Shown: piece by piece, positions 17,457-26,771 of the stretch
How positions within the stretch are numbered: the stretch's first letter is position 1
How the letters are laid out: each line of letters opens with the position of its first letter
DNA from: Candidatus Woesebacteria bacterium
GTDB taxonomy: Bacteria > Patescibacteriota > Microgenomatia > UBA8517
Assembly: GCA_013374835.1 (NCBI GenBank)
Contig: CP055307.1
Location: 279,315 to 343,314 of the forward strand
DNA length: 64,000 nt
Reading direction: 5' to 3'
Made by a program: the position numbers and the translations under genes
The notes under the pieces: generated by a model
Told to the model about the DNA's origin: nothing
The model's input: only the letters and a program-made list of their open reading frames with translations
The model's database searches: none

Positions 17457-18812
17457 TTAAACTGCCAGAAAGATTCCTAAGAATAGAAATACGGTTCCGA
17501 ATAAAAGCATTATTATTGTTGGTATGGGGTTTCCTGCTATTGGTGTAGCCGAGTCGGTTGATGGGATACTAACTCTGGGCGTGCTTGTTGGTGAGGTAGT
17601 TACTTTGGGCGTGGCTGTTGCCGTGGGTTTAGGAGTTTGCGTTGGCTTGATGGTGGGGGTTGGTGAAGGCTCGTTGCCTGACGGTGTAGATTCAAATGCA
17701 GGTTCGTTTTCCGCAGCCTGAACGATAAAAGTTCTTGTGAGTGTTCTTAATATTCCTGTTTTATCAACCCAAGAGATGGTTATCTTGTGTTCTCCGGGTT
17801 CTAATTCTTTGGGCGGGCTCCATTTCCACGCACCCGAGCTGGGGATTGTTAATTCATCGCTTATGAGGTCTGATTCAACAGTTATTTTAATTGAGTTTCC
17901 TGATGGGCCTTTTCCAAAGAATTCCGGGTCATTTGTGAATATTATTTCGCCATCTTCGATACTATCTAGGGTAACCGAGCTTGTTTCTTCCTCTTTTTCA
18001 ACTGCCGGGACGACAAATTTTGATTTGATATCTTTTTCCGTTTCCTCCGGAAGATTTATTTGTGATGCGGGGATTTCTTCTTGGTGGCTTCCTGTTTCCG
18101 ATCTAAAGTCGTGGATTTTTCCAAGGGTTATCGGTGGAGTTGGATTTGCTGCTTTTAAATAAATTTGCGCTGAGGCGATTCCACTTGGTCCTCCTTGAAT
18201 AAGAATTTCAAGAAGTGTATTTTCATCGATGTTTGCATATGAATTAAGTGAGTTTGATCTTGCATTTGATATTGCTATCACCCAGTCACCATTTGAGGAG
18301 GTTAGCGTTGATAGTGGTGATATACCAGCTGCGTTTAGATATACAAGTTTATTTGATGCAGGCTGTCCAGTTGGAAGTATGACTTTTCCTGAGATAATAT
18401 TTGTTTTTTGAGGAGGAGGAAGTGGTGGGCCTGTTTTTACTTGCCAGGGAATATTGTTATTATCGTGGTCTTTGCCGTCTGAGTTGATTATAAAGGAATA
18501 GTTTGTATTTGGCTCTAGGTTATGAAGTGATATTTGATGTATATTTTTTGCTGTTTTTTCGGCTTGATATGAGTTATTTTCGTTAGGCTTTTTTTTGCCC
18601 CATTTAAGATATCCTATAGTCTCTTTGTCTGTCGTCCAAGAAACTGTAAAAGACTCACTTGTTATATTGGTTATTTCTATATTTTTGGGAGATGCCTCGG
18701 GAGATGCACCTAGTTTAAAGGTTTGCTGTTGTTGAAGTATGAAAACGCCCACGGCAACACCGGTAATAAGTATTAGTATGCCTAATATTGTCGGAATTTT
18801 CGATTTATTCAT
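17457..18812 (-). CDS. Cell-surface protein with an N-terminal TM helix, FN3 and Ig-like domains, a Thr/Pro-rich linker and a C-terminal anchor
   Basis: ITNITSESFTVSWTTDKETIG...HNLEPNTNYSF (FN3), W.WSPPKELEPGEHKITI (Ig-like), PTPTIKPTQTPKPTATATP, then TPIAG followed by a hydrophobic C-terminus. Confidence 0.8.
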   Translation of the reverse strand: MNKSKIPTILGILILITGVAVGVFILQQQQTFKLGASPEASPKNIEITNITSESFTVSWTTDKETIGYLKWGKKKPNENNSYQAEKTAKNIHQISLHNLEPNTNYSFIINSDGKDHDNNNIPWQVKTGPPLPPPQKTNIISGKVILPTGQPASNKLVYLNAAGISPLSTLTSSNGDWVIAISNARSNSLNSYANIDENTLLEILIQGGPSGIASAQIYLKAANPTPPITLGKIHDFRSETGSHQEEIPASQINLPEETEKDIKSKFVVPAVEKEEETSSVTLDSIEDGEIIFTNDPEFFGKGPSGNSIKITVESDLISDELTIPSSGAWKWSPPKELEPGEHKITISWVDKTGILRTLTRTFIVQAAENEPAFESTPSGNEPSPTPTIKPTQTPKPTATATPKVTTSPTSTPRVSIPSTDSATPIAGNPIPTIIMLLFGTVFLFLGIFLAV

Positions 18813-19140
18813 TTGTCGATCCCTCTATTTCTTCTTGTGCAGAATTTGTTGCTTCTTCGGATTCAACTGCATTTTCTTTTTTTTCTTCTTGTGATTTTTG
18901 CGTGTTTGAAACAATGTTTATAGGTGCTATGTTTTCCTCATTTATGTATATTCTTTGTTGAAGTGAGCCCATTTCATTAATATCCAAGTTTGGCTCGACT
19001 TTTGCGAGTGTTTCTTCAGATACGATTGGTTCAGGCTCAATACTTAATGCTCTATAGACCTCGAAACCTATCCAGATAAAACTCGTTATCACAGTAAGAA
19101 TTCCTAGCTTGACTATGGTGGGTGAGTTTTTTTTATTCAT
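18805..19140 (-). CDS. Single-TM protein in the pilN-pilO operon (PilP position)
   Basis: TM helix near the N-terminus and an acidic tail; overlaps both neighbours by 8 nt. Confidence 0.6.
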   Translation of the reverse strand: MNKKNSPTIVKLGILTVITSFIWIGFEVYRALSIEPEPIVSEETLAKVEPNLDINEMGSLQQRIYINEENIAPINIVSNTQKSQEEKKENAVESEEATNSAQEEIEGSTNE

Positions 19141-19798
19141 TTTTATTTATATATACTATCCTTCCTGTTATGTTTGCAGTAAGAGAAAAAGCTGTTTCTT
19201 CATTAGAGATGCTTACTAATGATATATCAAAAAAGATTGGTCTTTTTAGTATTTGAAGATCGGAAATAAATGAAAAGAGAGAGGAATAATCCCCGGTTGC
19301 TCCTATTATGACGGGAATGTTTTGTGCGTTTTCAGGAATGATTACTAAATCATCATCGAGTTCTTCTTGTGTATCCTCTGTGCCGACAATGGTGGCGTCA
19401 GATATTGAAAGTTCGGTTAGATTTACACCGTTTTTTTGTGATAAACCTTCAATTTGTCTAATAAATTTGTGAACTTCGGGTTCGGCTGGGACTGCTTCGT
19501 TTAGGAGATTAATGTTTTGGGTTTGAGAGTCGTAGAGCTCTTTTGCTTTTATGAGATTACTTATTTTTTGATCCATTGTTTTTATTGTTTCTTCTTTTTC
19601 GGTCATTTGTCTATATAGTTTGGCTATTGTGACAAGGGTGGGTTTAATTGCAAAAAGTCCGAAGATTATTACGGTTGCCATCGAAAGCAAAAGCTCGATA
19701 AACATTTTTAAGTCTTGCCGAGTTTTATAAAGCGTAGCGACGTTTCTTAGATATTTTTTGTAAACTTCGTAGTTTTGTTGCCACTTTGTTTGTTTCAT
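19133..19798 (-). CDS. pilO: Type IV pilus assembly protein PilO
   Basis: TM helix and coiled coil, then AVP...FIRQIEGLSQKNGVNL and ATGDYSSLFSFISDLQILKRPI. Confidence 0.8.
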   Translation of the reverse strand: MKQTKWQQNYEVYKKYLRNVATLYKTRQDLKMFIELLLSMATVIIFGLFAIKPTLVTIAKLYRQMTEKEETIKTMDQKISNLIKAKELYDSQTQNINLLNEAVPAEPEVHKFIRQIEGLSQKNGVNLTELSISDATIVGTEDTQEELDDDLVIIPENAQNIPVIIGATGDYSSLFSFISDLQILKRPIFFDISLVSISNEETAFSLTANITGRIVYINKNE

Positions 19799-19811
19799 TT
19801 TTTTATTTTAA

Positions 19812-20384
19812 CTAAGTTTCATTTTTTGCGTTTTCCGAAAAGATTGGTCTAATGTTGATTGTAAAATCTATGAAGATAGATTCTTTGTTTGATTCTATTT
19901 GAGATATTGTGATGTTTTCGAATTCCTCTTCGGCTTTTAAGTTTGCTACGAATTGAGATATATTTTGTTCCACTAGGCTTTGTCCTTTAATTATTATTTC
20001 CTCGGGTTTTTTGGAATAAGAAGTAAGCGTTACTTCTTGCGGCAGCCTTTTGACTATTTTTTCTAAGCTTGGTGCTGGTTTGTATTTCTCATCGTTTAGA
20101 AATTTATAAATGGCGAGTTTTTTTTGGGTAAGTTTAAACTCTTTTTCGAAATTGGAGTAAGACTTTATTAGGTTTTCTTTTTGTTCTATCTCGTCGTTTA
20201 GGTTTGAGTGCTTAATATCTAGCCAGAAGCGTGCAATAAAGCCCATTATAACTATTAATTCTACGAATATAACTATAAACCTAAATGTTGTTAAAATCCA
20301 CTTTAATATTCGTCCCGTTGGCGATGATTCGAATTCGCTTTGTGGGAGAAGATTTATTTGTCTTTTTTTAGAACGGACAGGCAT
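19812..20384 (-). CDS. pilN: Type IV pilus assembly protein PilN
   Basis: INLLP PilM-binding motif, TM helix, coiled coil and LPQEVTLTS...IKGQS...FVANLK. Start moved to MPVRSKK. Confidence 0.85.
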   Translation of the reverse strand: MPVRSKKRQINLLPQSEFESSPTGRILKWILTTFRFIVIFVELIVIMGFIARFWLDIKHSNLNDEIEQKENLIKSYSNFEKEFKLTQKKLAIYKFLNDEKYKPAPSLEKIVKRLPQEVTLTSYSKKPEEIIIKGQSLVEQNISQFVANLKAEEEFENITISQIESNKESIFIDFTINIRPIFSENAKNET

Positions 20385-20442
20385 ATCCTTTGCTTTTTGT
20401 GCTTTATGTAAATATAACACAGAATAAGTCTACTCTGGTAGA

Positions 20443-20691
20443 TTATTTTTGTTTTTTAGAGATTTGAAGTTTGGAGAGAGTGCTTTTGATGCGTGAAGCT
20501 TTGTTTTTGTGAATTATTTTCTTTTTAGCTGCTTTATCGGCTTGGGATATTGCTTTTGAGATATCTTTTAGCTTTTTGCTTTTTTTAGCAATGCGTAACG
20601 AAGCCTCCATTGAGGATAATATTTTTTTATTTATTTTTGCTTTTCTTTTTGAGCTTCTGAGGGCTCTTTTGGCTGTTTTTGTTATAGGCAT
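20443..20691 (-). CDS. rpsT: 30S ribosomal protein S20
   Basis: MPITKTAKRALR...DKAAKKKIIHKNKASRIKS. Confidence 0.95.
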   Translation of the reverse strand: MPITKTAKRALRSSKRKAKINKKILSSMEASLRIAKKSKKLKDISKAISQADKAAKKKIIHKNKASRIKSTLSKLQISKKQK

Positions 20692-20769
20692 AAATTATAA
20701 ACTTTAATAGCAATTTGTTGCGGATTGTTGATTGTGAGTATAAAGCATGCGATATAAAATATCAAATAG

Positions 20770-22500
20770 ATGATAATAAAAATACCAAGAGGAATCGTTT
20801 TGAGGGGCAAAAGACTTATTTTTTCTGAGCAGAATTCGATACTTTCTGCCGCGAGCATTATTATGGTGATGATTGTTTTTTCAAAGATTTTGGGGTTAGT
20901 TAGACAAAGGGTGCTTTTGAGTTTTTTTGTTCCGGATGAGCTTAGCCTTTTTTTTGCTGCATTTAGATTTCCCGACCTTGTGTTTGAGGTGCTTACGATG
21001 GGTACTTTATCTAGTGCTTTTATACCTGTTTTTACAAAACTTTTTAAGAAAGATCAGCAGCTTGCTTGGAAAACTGCTGGAAGGATGCTTAATCTTGGGC
21101 TTTTAATATTTGCTTTGATATCTATAGTGTTTGGTATATTTGCAGAAGATTTATATAGAATAGTAGCTCCAGGATTTAGTCCAGAGCAAACGGAGAAGAT
21201 TGGATATTTGGCACGAGTTTTGTTTGCTGCTCAGGGGTTTTTTGTAATTAGTTATATTTTAACCGGAGTTTTGGAGTCGTTAAGGCGGTTTTTGATCCCG
21301 GCGTTGGCTCCTCTTTTTTATAATCTCGGAATTATAGCGGGAACCGTGCTTTTTTCGAGCAGATTTCATCTTCTTGCTCCTTCGCTGGGCGTACTTATGG
21401 GTGCATTTGCTCACTTTTTAATACAGCTTCCTTTGTCATATAAGCTTGGGTTTAGATTTGAGATTTCGTTAAGACCCACAAAAGAAGTAAAAAAGATTGG
21501 TAGGCTTGCAATGCCTAGGATATTTGAGCTTTCGGTTTTGCAGATTTCGAAAACTGTAGAGCTTTTTTTAGCCTCTCTTATTTCTACTGCATCGTATACT
21601 TATTACACTCTTGCAAATTCCGTGCAACTTATACCTGTGGGACTTTTTGGAGTGAGTTTGGCAAAAGCTGCACTTCCTACTTTGACCAGCCAATCGGATG
21701 ATCTTGCCAAATTTAAAAGCACTTTTTTCTCGACTTTGTATCAGGTGGTTTTTTTAGTGATGCCTATCGCGGGTGGATTGATTGTGTTTCGAATACCAAT
21801 TGTCAGATTGTTATTTGGCACGGATATCTTTGATTGGGAGGCTACGGTGCAGACCGGATTGGTTTTATCTGCCTTTGCATTGGGAGTTCCTTTTCAAGCT
21901 GCCGTAATGCTTCTTAATAGGGCGTTTTATGCGCTGAATGATACAAAGACTCCTGTTTTTATTTCTCTTATTGGTACGACAATTGCAATTATTTTTTCTT
22001 TTATCGGTATACTGCTTTTAGACCTTCCAACTTGGGCGCTGTCCGCATCCTTTTCTTCGGGGGTAATTGTCCAATCCATTCTACTTTTTTATATATTGAG
22101 TAACAGGATAAACGGTGGAGTATTGATAAATTTATATCCTTTTTTCAAGACGATTGTTTCAAGTTTGGTATCAAGTGGAGTGATGTACTTTATTCTTAAG
22201 TTTTTTGATAGATCGGTTTGGGTTAAGCGATTATCTTTTTTGGGGAGTTTGGATGCGCATAAAAGGCTTGATTTTGAGAAATTTGTATTGGATACACGAT
22301 ATACTACAAATTTATTAATTCTTACTTTGGTAACCTTTTTAGTGGGTGGTGTTTTTTACTTTTTGGCAGGTTATTTACTGAGATCACAAGAACTGTTTAC
22401 TTTAACAAGCCTTATCAAAAGGAGAAAAAAAATATCTTCTCCGCCTATTCGAGAATCCGAAACAGTATCTCCTTCTGTAAAGGATAATACGGAATTTTGA
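20770..22500 (+). CDS. murJ: Lipid II flippase MurJ/MviN
   Basis: SKILGLVRQ, AAFRFPD, SSAFIPVF, APLFYNLGII, HFLIQLP and RAFYALNDTKTP. Confidence 0.93.
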   Translation: MIIKIPRGIVLRGKRLIFSEQNSILSAASIIMVMIVFSKILGLVRQRVLLSFFVPDELSLFFAAFRFPDLVFEVLTMGTLSSAFIPVFTKLFKKDQQLAWKTAGRMLNLGLLIFALISIVFGIFAEDLYRIVAPGFSPEQTEKIGYLARVLFAAQGFFVISYILTGVLESLRRFLIPALAPLFYNLGIIAGTVLFSSRFHLLAPSLGVLMGAFAHFLIQLPLSYKLGFRFEISLRPTKEVKKIGRLAMPRIFELSVLQISKTVELFLASLISTASYTYYTLANSVQLIPVGLFGVSLAKAALPTLTSQSDDLAKFKSTFFSTLYQVVFLVMPIAGGLIVFRIPIVRLLFGTDIFDWEATVQTGLVLSAFALGVPFQAAVMLLNRAFYALNDTKTPVFISLIGTTIAIIFSFIGILLLDLPTWALSASFSSGVIVQSILLFYILSNRINGGVLINLYPFFKTIVSSLVSSGVMYFILKFFDRSVWVKRLSFLGSLDAHKRLDFEKFVLDTRYTTNLLILTLVTFLVGGVFYFLAGYLLRSQELFTLTSLIKRRKKISSPPIRESETVSPSVKDNTEF

Positions 22501-22502
22501 TA

Positions 22503-22531
22503 TTGACACGGCTTAGCACTCATGGTATTTT
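22503..22531 (+). promoter_or_regulatory. Sigma70-type promoter of hrcA
   Basis: TTGACA (22503), 17-nt spacer, TGgTATTTT (-10 at 22526); overlaps the CIRCE site. Confidence 0.7.
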
Positions 22532-22539
22532 ACTGCTAA
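22513..22539. promoter_or_regulatory. CIRCE element (HrcA operator)
   Basis: TTAGCACTC-N9-TACTGCTAA versus consensus TTAGCACTC-N9-GAGTGCTAA, immediately before hrcA. Confidence 0.9.
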
Positions 22540-22541
22540 TA

Positions 22542-23270
22542 ATGGAAGCTTTATCTGCAAGACAGACACAGATTTTAAAGGCTTTAATTGATGAGTATAT
22601 TGAAACCGCTTTGCCAGTTGGATCTTTGGCATTGGAAAAAAAATATAACCTTGGAGTTTCTCCAGCTACCATAAGAAACGAGATGGCAGCGCTAACAAAA
22701 GCGGGTTTTCTTAAACAGCCCTATACGTCTGCTGGACGGGTGCCTACTCCGTCGGCGATGAAGTTTTATATAAATCAATTAATGGAGGAAAAGAAATTGT
22801 CTGTTGCCGATGAGGTACGAGCAAAAGAGGGTGTTTGGGAGGTAAGAAATGATTTTGATGTATTGATGGATAAGGCAACAAGGGCGCTTTCTCAGAAAAC
22901 CAAAACTTTGTCCGTAGCGGCTACGGTTGACGGTTCGACTTGGAGCCATGGGTATTCGCAGGTATTTAATAATCCGGAATTTAATAATTTTCAGGTTTGT
23001 CAAAATCTTTTTTCTTTGATAGAACAAGAAAAAAGGCTCGTTGAGCTGTTCTTTGGCAAGTTTACCGGCTTGAGTCAGATTGAAGTTTTGTTTGGAGAAG
23101 AGTTGGGTTGGGAATATTTTGATCCTGTGGGTATAGTGGCCACACGCTTTAACGTGAGAGGCAATGAAGGTGCTATTGGTGTAATTGGTCCTTTTAGACT
23201 TAATTATTCTGCGGTGATTCCTGTGGTAAGATATTTTGGTGATCTGGTCGAGCAAGTTGCTAAAAAATAG
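22542..23270 (+). CDS. hrcA: Heat-inducible transcription repressor HrcA (short form)
   Basis: RQTQILKALIDEYI...PVGS, SPATIRNEM, QPYTSAGRVPT and GVIGPFRLNY. Start moved to the ATG at 22542. Confidence 0.95.
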   Translation: MEALSARQTQILKALIDEYIETALPVGSLALEKKYNLGVSPATIRNEMAALTKAGFLKQPYTSAGRVPTPSAMKFYINQLMEEKKLSVADEVRAKEGVWEVRNDFDVLMDKATRALSQKTKTLSVAATVDGSTWSHGYSQVFNNPEFNNFQVCQNLFSLIEQEKRLVELFFGKFTGLSQIEVLFGEELGWEYFDPVGIVATRFNVRGNEGAIGVIGPFRLNYSAVIPVVRYFGDLVEQVAKK

Positions 23271-23271
23271 T

Positions 23272-23730
23272 ATGGCTAAACAAAAACAGCAAAATAAAAA
23301 TAAGACAAAAGAATTAGAGGAACTTAAAAATCAGCTTGCAAGGGCGCTTGCAGATTATGATAATTTGAGAAAACGCACTGAAAAGGAGAAAGAGAGTTTT
23401 GAAAAGATGTTGAACGCAAGATTTGTTAGCAAGTTGTTACCTGTTTTTGATATGATTGAAAATGCACAGAATCATCTTAATGATTCTGGGCTTGCCATTG
23501 CGATTGATGAGCTTTTTTCTAGATTAAAGGAAGAGGGTGTTGTCAGAATTGAACCTAAAAAGGGTGATCAGTTTAACGGAGAATTGCACGAAGCTGTTGA
23601 TTCTTTAGTGCAGGATAAATTATCAGAAGGACAAATATTGGAGACAGTGTTAAAGGGGTGGATTATGAACGATTTTGTTTTGAGACCTGCTAAGGTTGTT
23701 GTTGCAAAAAGGAGGAATAAAGATGAGTAA
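23272..23730 (+). CDS. grpE: Nucleotide exchange factor GrpE
   Basis: [22 protein letters not shown] and KGW...VLRPAKVVV. Confidence 0.95.
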   Translation: MAKQKQQNKNKTKELEELKNQLARALADYDNLRKRTEKEKESFEKMLNARFVSKLLPVFDMIENAQNHLNDSGLAIAIDELFSRLKEEGVVRIEPKKGDQFNGELHEAVDSLVQDKLSEGQILETVLKGWIMNDFVLRPAKVVVAKRRNKDE

Positions 23731-25627
23731 AATTATTGGGATAGATTTGGGTACAACAAATTCCGTAGTTGCTGTGATGGAGGGTGGGCAGACAAAGGTT
23801 ATTCCAGCCTCCGATACGGGGAGAAATATTACTCCGTCGGTGGTTGAGCCTGTTAAAAATCTGGTTGGTGATGTTGCAAAGCGGCAGATGATACTTAATC
23901 CTAAAAAAACAATATACTCCGTTAAGAGATTAATGGGAAGAAGATTTGACTCCGAGGAGGTTAAAAAAACTCAAAAAATGGTTTCATACGAAATTGTTAA
24001 AGGAAAAGATGGTGGTGCTGTAGTCGAAGTTGAAGGCAAAACTTATACTCCACAGGAGATTTCTGCAAGGATACTGATGAAGCTTAAGAAAGACGCAGAG
24101 ACTTATTTGGGAGAGAGCGTTGAAAAGGCTGTAATTACAGTGCCTGCCTATTTTGACGATTCTCAAAGACAGGCTACGAAGCAGGCCGGTGAGATAGCTG
24201 GACTTACAGTTGAGAGAATCATAAACGAGCCCACGGCTGCTTCGCTTGCTTATGGACTTGATAAGAAAAAAAATGAAAAAATCGCAGTCTATGATCTTGG
24301 GGGAGGCACTTTTGATATATCTATTCTTGAACTTGGCGATGGCGTTTTTGAGGTGAAGGCGACGAATGGGGACACACATCTTGGAGGGGATGATTTTGAC
24401 GAAAGACTGGTTGATTATATAGCCGAGGAATTTAAGAAAGAGCATGGAGTTGATTTAAGAGATGACAAGCAAGCTCTTCAGAGAATTCGAGATGCGGCTG
24501 AAAAGGCTAAAATTGAGCTTTCAAGTGCTTCAGAAGTTGAAGTAAATCAGCCCTATATAACCCAGAAAGATGGTACACCGCTTCATCTTACACTGAAGAT
24601 AACAAGGGCGAAGTTTGAGTCTTTGGTTGATGATTTGATCGAAAAGACCATGAAGCCTGTGAATGAATGCTTAAAGGATGCCAAACTAGATCCAAAAGAT
24701 ATAGACGAGGTTATTATGGTGGGTGGTATGACAAGGATGCCGAAGATTGTCGAGGTGGTAAAAGGGTTTTTTGGAAAAGAACCGAATAAGAGTGTAAATC
24801 CTGATGAGGTTGTGGCTATAGGGGCTGCTATTCAAGGTGGGGTTTTGGCGGGTGAGGTAAAGGATATTTTGCTTTTAGATGTGACTCCACTTACCTTAGC
24901 TATTGAAACGTTGGGTGGCGTGGCTACCCCGATGATTCCTCGAAATACGACTATTCCTACTTCTAAAACTGAGGTCTTTTCCACCGCTTCCGATAATCAG
25001 ACTCAAGTACAGATAGTAGTAACTCAAGGTGAAAGACCGATGAGTGCAGACAACAAAGTTTTGGGGACATTTACGTTGGACGGAATTCCGCCTGCTCCTC
25101 GCGGTGTTCCACAAATTGAGGTAACTTTTGATATTGACAGTAATGGCATATTGAAAGTGACCGCTAAAGACAAGGCAACAGGTAAAAGCCAGGATATTAC
25201 TATAACGGGAGCGGTGGGATTGAGCGATGAGGAAATTGAAAAGATGAAGAAGGAAGCTGAAGCGCATAAAGAGGAGGATAGACGAAAGGCTGAAGAGATT
25301 GAGATAAGAAATAGGGCTGATGGTTTGGTGGCCGCTGCAGAAAAGGCTCTAAAAGATGCTGCCGGAAAAGTTCCTTCTGATATTGTTGAGAAGGTGAACG
25401 AAAAGATTAAAGCGGTAAAAGACGAGTTGGCAAAAACGGAGTTGAATAAGGAAGACCTAGAGAAAAAGACACAAGAATTATCAGAGGAGCTTTCGAAAGT
25501 AGGTCAGGCAATGTATGGGAGCCAGGATAAGAGCAAGGGGGAGAAGACTTCTGAGTCTGGTGATAAAAAAGATGATGATAAAAAGAATCCGGATGGCCAG
25601 GTGGAAGAGGGAGAGATAGTTGAGTAG
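23723..25627 (+). CDS. dnaK: Chaperone DnaK
   Basis: [23 protein letters not shown] and [10 protein letters not shown]; AGGAGG Shine-Dalgarno before the ATG at 23723. Confidence 0.98.
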   Translation: MSKIIGIDLGTTNSVVAVMEGGQTKVIPASDTGRNITPSVVEPVKNLVGDVAKRQMILNPKKTIYSVKRLMGRRFDSEEVKKTQKMVSYEIVKGKDGGAVVEVEGKTYTPQEISARILMKLKKDAETYLGESVEKAVITVPAYFDDSQRQATKQAGEIAGLTVERIINEPTAASLAYGLDKKKNEKIAVYDLGGGTFDISILELGDGVFEVKATNGDTHLGGDDFDERLVDYIAEEFKKEHGVDLRDDKQALQRIRDAAEKAKIELSSASEVEVNQPYITQKDGTPLHLTLKITRAKFESLVDDLIEKTMKPVNECLKDAKLDPKDIDEVIMVGGMTRMPKIVEVVKGFFGKEPNKSVNPDEVVAIGAAIQGGVLAGEVKDILLLDVTPLTLAIETLGGVATPMIPRNTTIPTSKTEVFSTASDNQTQVQIVVTQGERPMSADNKVLGTFTLDGIPPAPRGVPQIEVTFDIDSNGILKVTAKDKATGKSQDITITGAVGLSDEEIEKMKKEAEAHKEEDRRKAEEIEIRNRADGLVAAAEKALKDAAGKVPSDIVEKVNEKIKAVKDELAKTELNKEDLEKKTQELSEELSKVGQAMYGSQDKSKGEKTSESGDKKDDDKKNPDGQVEEGEIVE

Positions 25628-25734
25628 GGTTGAAAGAGTTTTTGACGATGGCGCTTAAATTGATAGATTGCGAGGCTTTTCTTCATTGGTAATTGCTTGG
25701 GAGATTTTTATTTTTCTTTTGATGAGTGATTATG

Positions 25735-25761
25735 TTAGCAATCATATTGATTGAGTGCTTA
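25735..25761. promoter_or_regulatory. Second CIRCE element, upstream of dnaJ
   Basis: TTAGCAATC-N9-GAGTGCTTA (two mismatches), abutting a promoter: TTAACA (25759), 17-nt spacer, TGaTACAAT (-10 at 25782). Confidence 0.85.
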
Positions 25762-25795
25762 ACAGGTGTGCATGAATTTGATACAATTTTAAATT

Positions 25796-26662
25796 ATGGC
25801 TAATGGAAAAGCTGATTATTACGATATTTTAGGGATTGATAAATCTGCGAGTGCGGAAGAAATAAAAGCTGCTTATAAAAAACAAGCTCTTTTGTGGCAC
25901 CCGGACAGACATAAAGACGATAAGGAGGTTGCAGAAAAGCGTTTTAAGGAAATTAATGAGGCTTATCAGGTTTTGTCCGACCCAGATAAAAGAAGGGCTT
26001 ATGATAATTTTGGGCATCAGGCTTTTTCACCCGGAGGACAGCCTTTTGGTTCTGCTCAGAGTAAATGGGGGCCTTTTACATATACTTATTCGACAAATAT
26101 GGGAGGAGAGAGCCCTTTTTCTGGATTTGATTTTGGTGACCCTTTTGAAATATTTGAGCAATTTTTTGGCGGCGGATCCCCTTTTGGTACCCGTTCTACT
26201 CGTATCCCTCGCTATAGCATAGATATTGATTTTATGGAAGCTGTTTTTGGTGCAGAGAAGGAGGTAGTTATTGGAGGTAAAAAACATAAAATTAAGATCC
26301 CCGCCGGAGTTGATGATGGAAGCAGGATCAGATTTGACGATTTTATTTTATCCATTAATGTTAAGCCACATTCCCTTTTTGAAAGAGACGGATCTGATGT
26401 TTTTGTAAAAATTTTTATTCCTTTTTCAACTGCTTGTTTAGGGGGGGAGATTTTAGTGCCTACTTTAGATGGAGAAATAAAGATAAAAGTTAGAAAAGGT
26501 GTTCAGTCCGGAACGATGATTAGACTTAGAGGAAAGGGAATACCTGTTCTTCATGGACGCGGGAGGGGAGATCAGTATATAAGGTTAATAGTTGATGTGC
26601 CAAAGGAATTGAATCGTGAGCAAAGGATGCTTCTTGAGCAGTTGAGCAAAAAAGGCCTTTGA
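25796..26662 (+). CDS. dnaJ: DnaJ co-chaperone without zinc fingers (class B)
   Basis: DYYDILG, WHPD, FKEINEAYQVLSD, a G/F-rich region and the C-terminal domains; no CxxCxGxG repeats. Confidence 0.9.
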   Translation: MANGKADYYDILGIDKSASAEEIKAAYKKQALLWHPDRHKDDKEVAEKRFKEINEAYQVLSDPDKRRAYDNFGHQAFSPGGQPFGSAQSKWGPFTYTYSTNMGGESPFSGFDFGDPFEIFEQFFGGGSPFGTRSTRIPRYSIDIDFMEAVFGAEKEVVIGGKKHKIKIPAGVDDGSRIRFDDFILSINVKPHSLFERDGSDVFVKIFIPFSTACLGGEILVPTLDGEIKIKVRKGVQSGTMIRLRGKGIPVLHGRGRGDQYIRLIVDVPKELNREQRMLLEQLSKKGL

Positions 26663-26672
26663 GCGACTCTTG

Positions 26673-26701
26673 TTGACTTCATTGTGGCGTTATCTTAAAA
26701 T
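26673..26701 (+). promoter_or_regulatory. Promoter of nusA-infB
   Basis: TTGACT, 17-nt spacer, TAAAAT. Confidence 0.7.
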
Positions 26702-26723
26702 ATAAAGTAAGTTTAGTAGTTTT

Positions 26724-26754
26724 GGGGTGGGACGAAATGCCCACCTTATTTTTT
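26724..26754 (+). terminator. Leader hairpin/attenuator upstream of nusA (rimP-leader-like)
   Basis: GGGGTGGG-acgaaatg-CCCACCTT followed by ATTTTTT, lying between the promoter and the nusA start. Confidence 0.7.
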
Positions 26755-26771
26755 AATGAAAAATTAGATAT

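Noticed and set aside
17560-17690. Repetitive GT-rich tract considered as a CRISPR array or DNA repeat
   Set aside because: It is explained by the Thr/Pro linker codons; there are no constant repeats with unique spacers.
25628-25734. Largest intergenic gap, checked for a tRNA, sRNA or terminator
   Set aside because: No cloverleaf or T-loop motif; only weak G-U-rich pairing.
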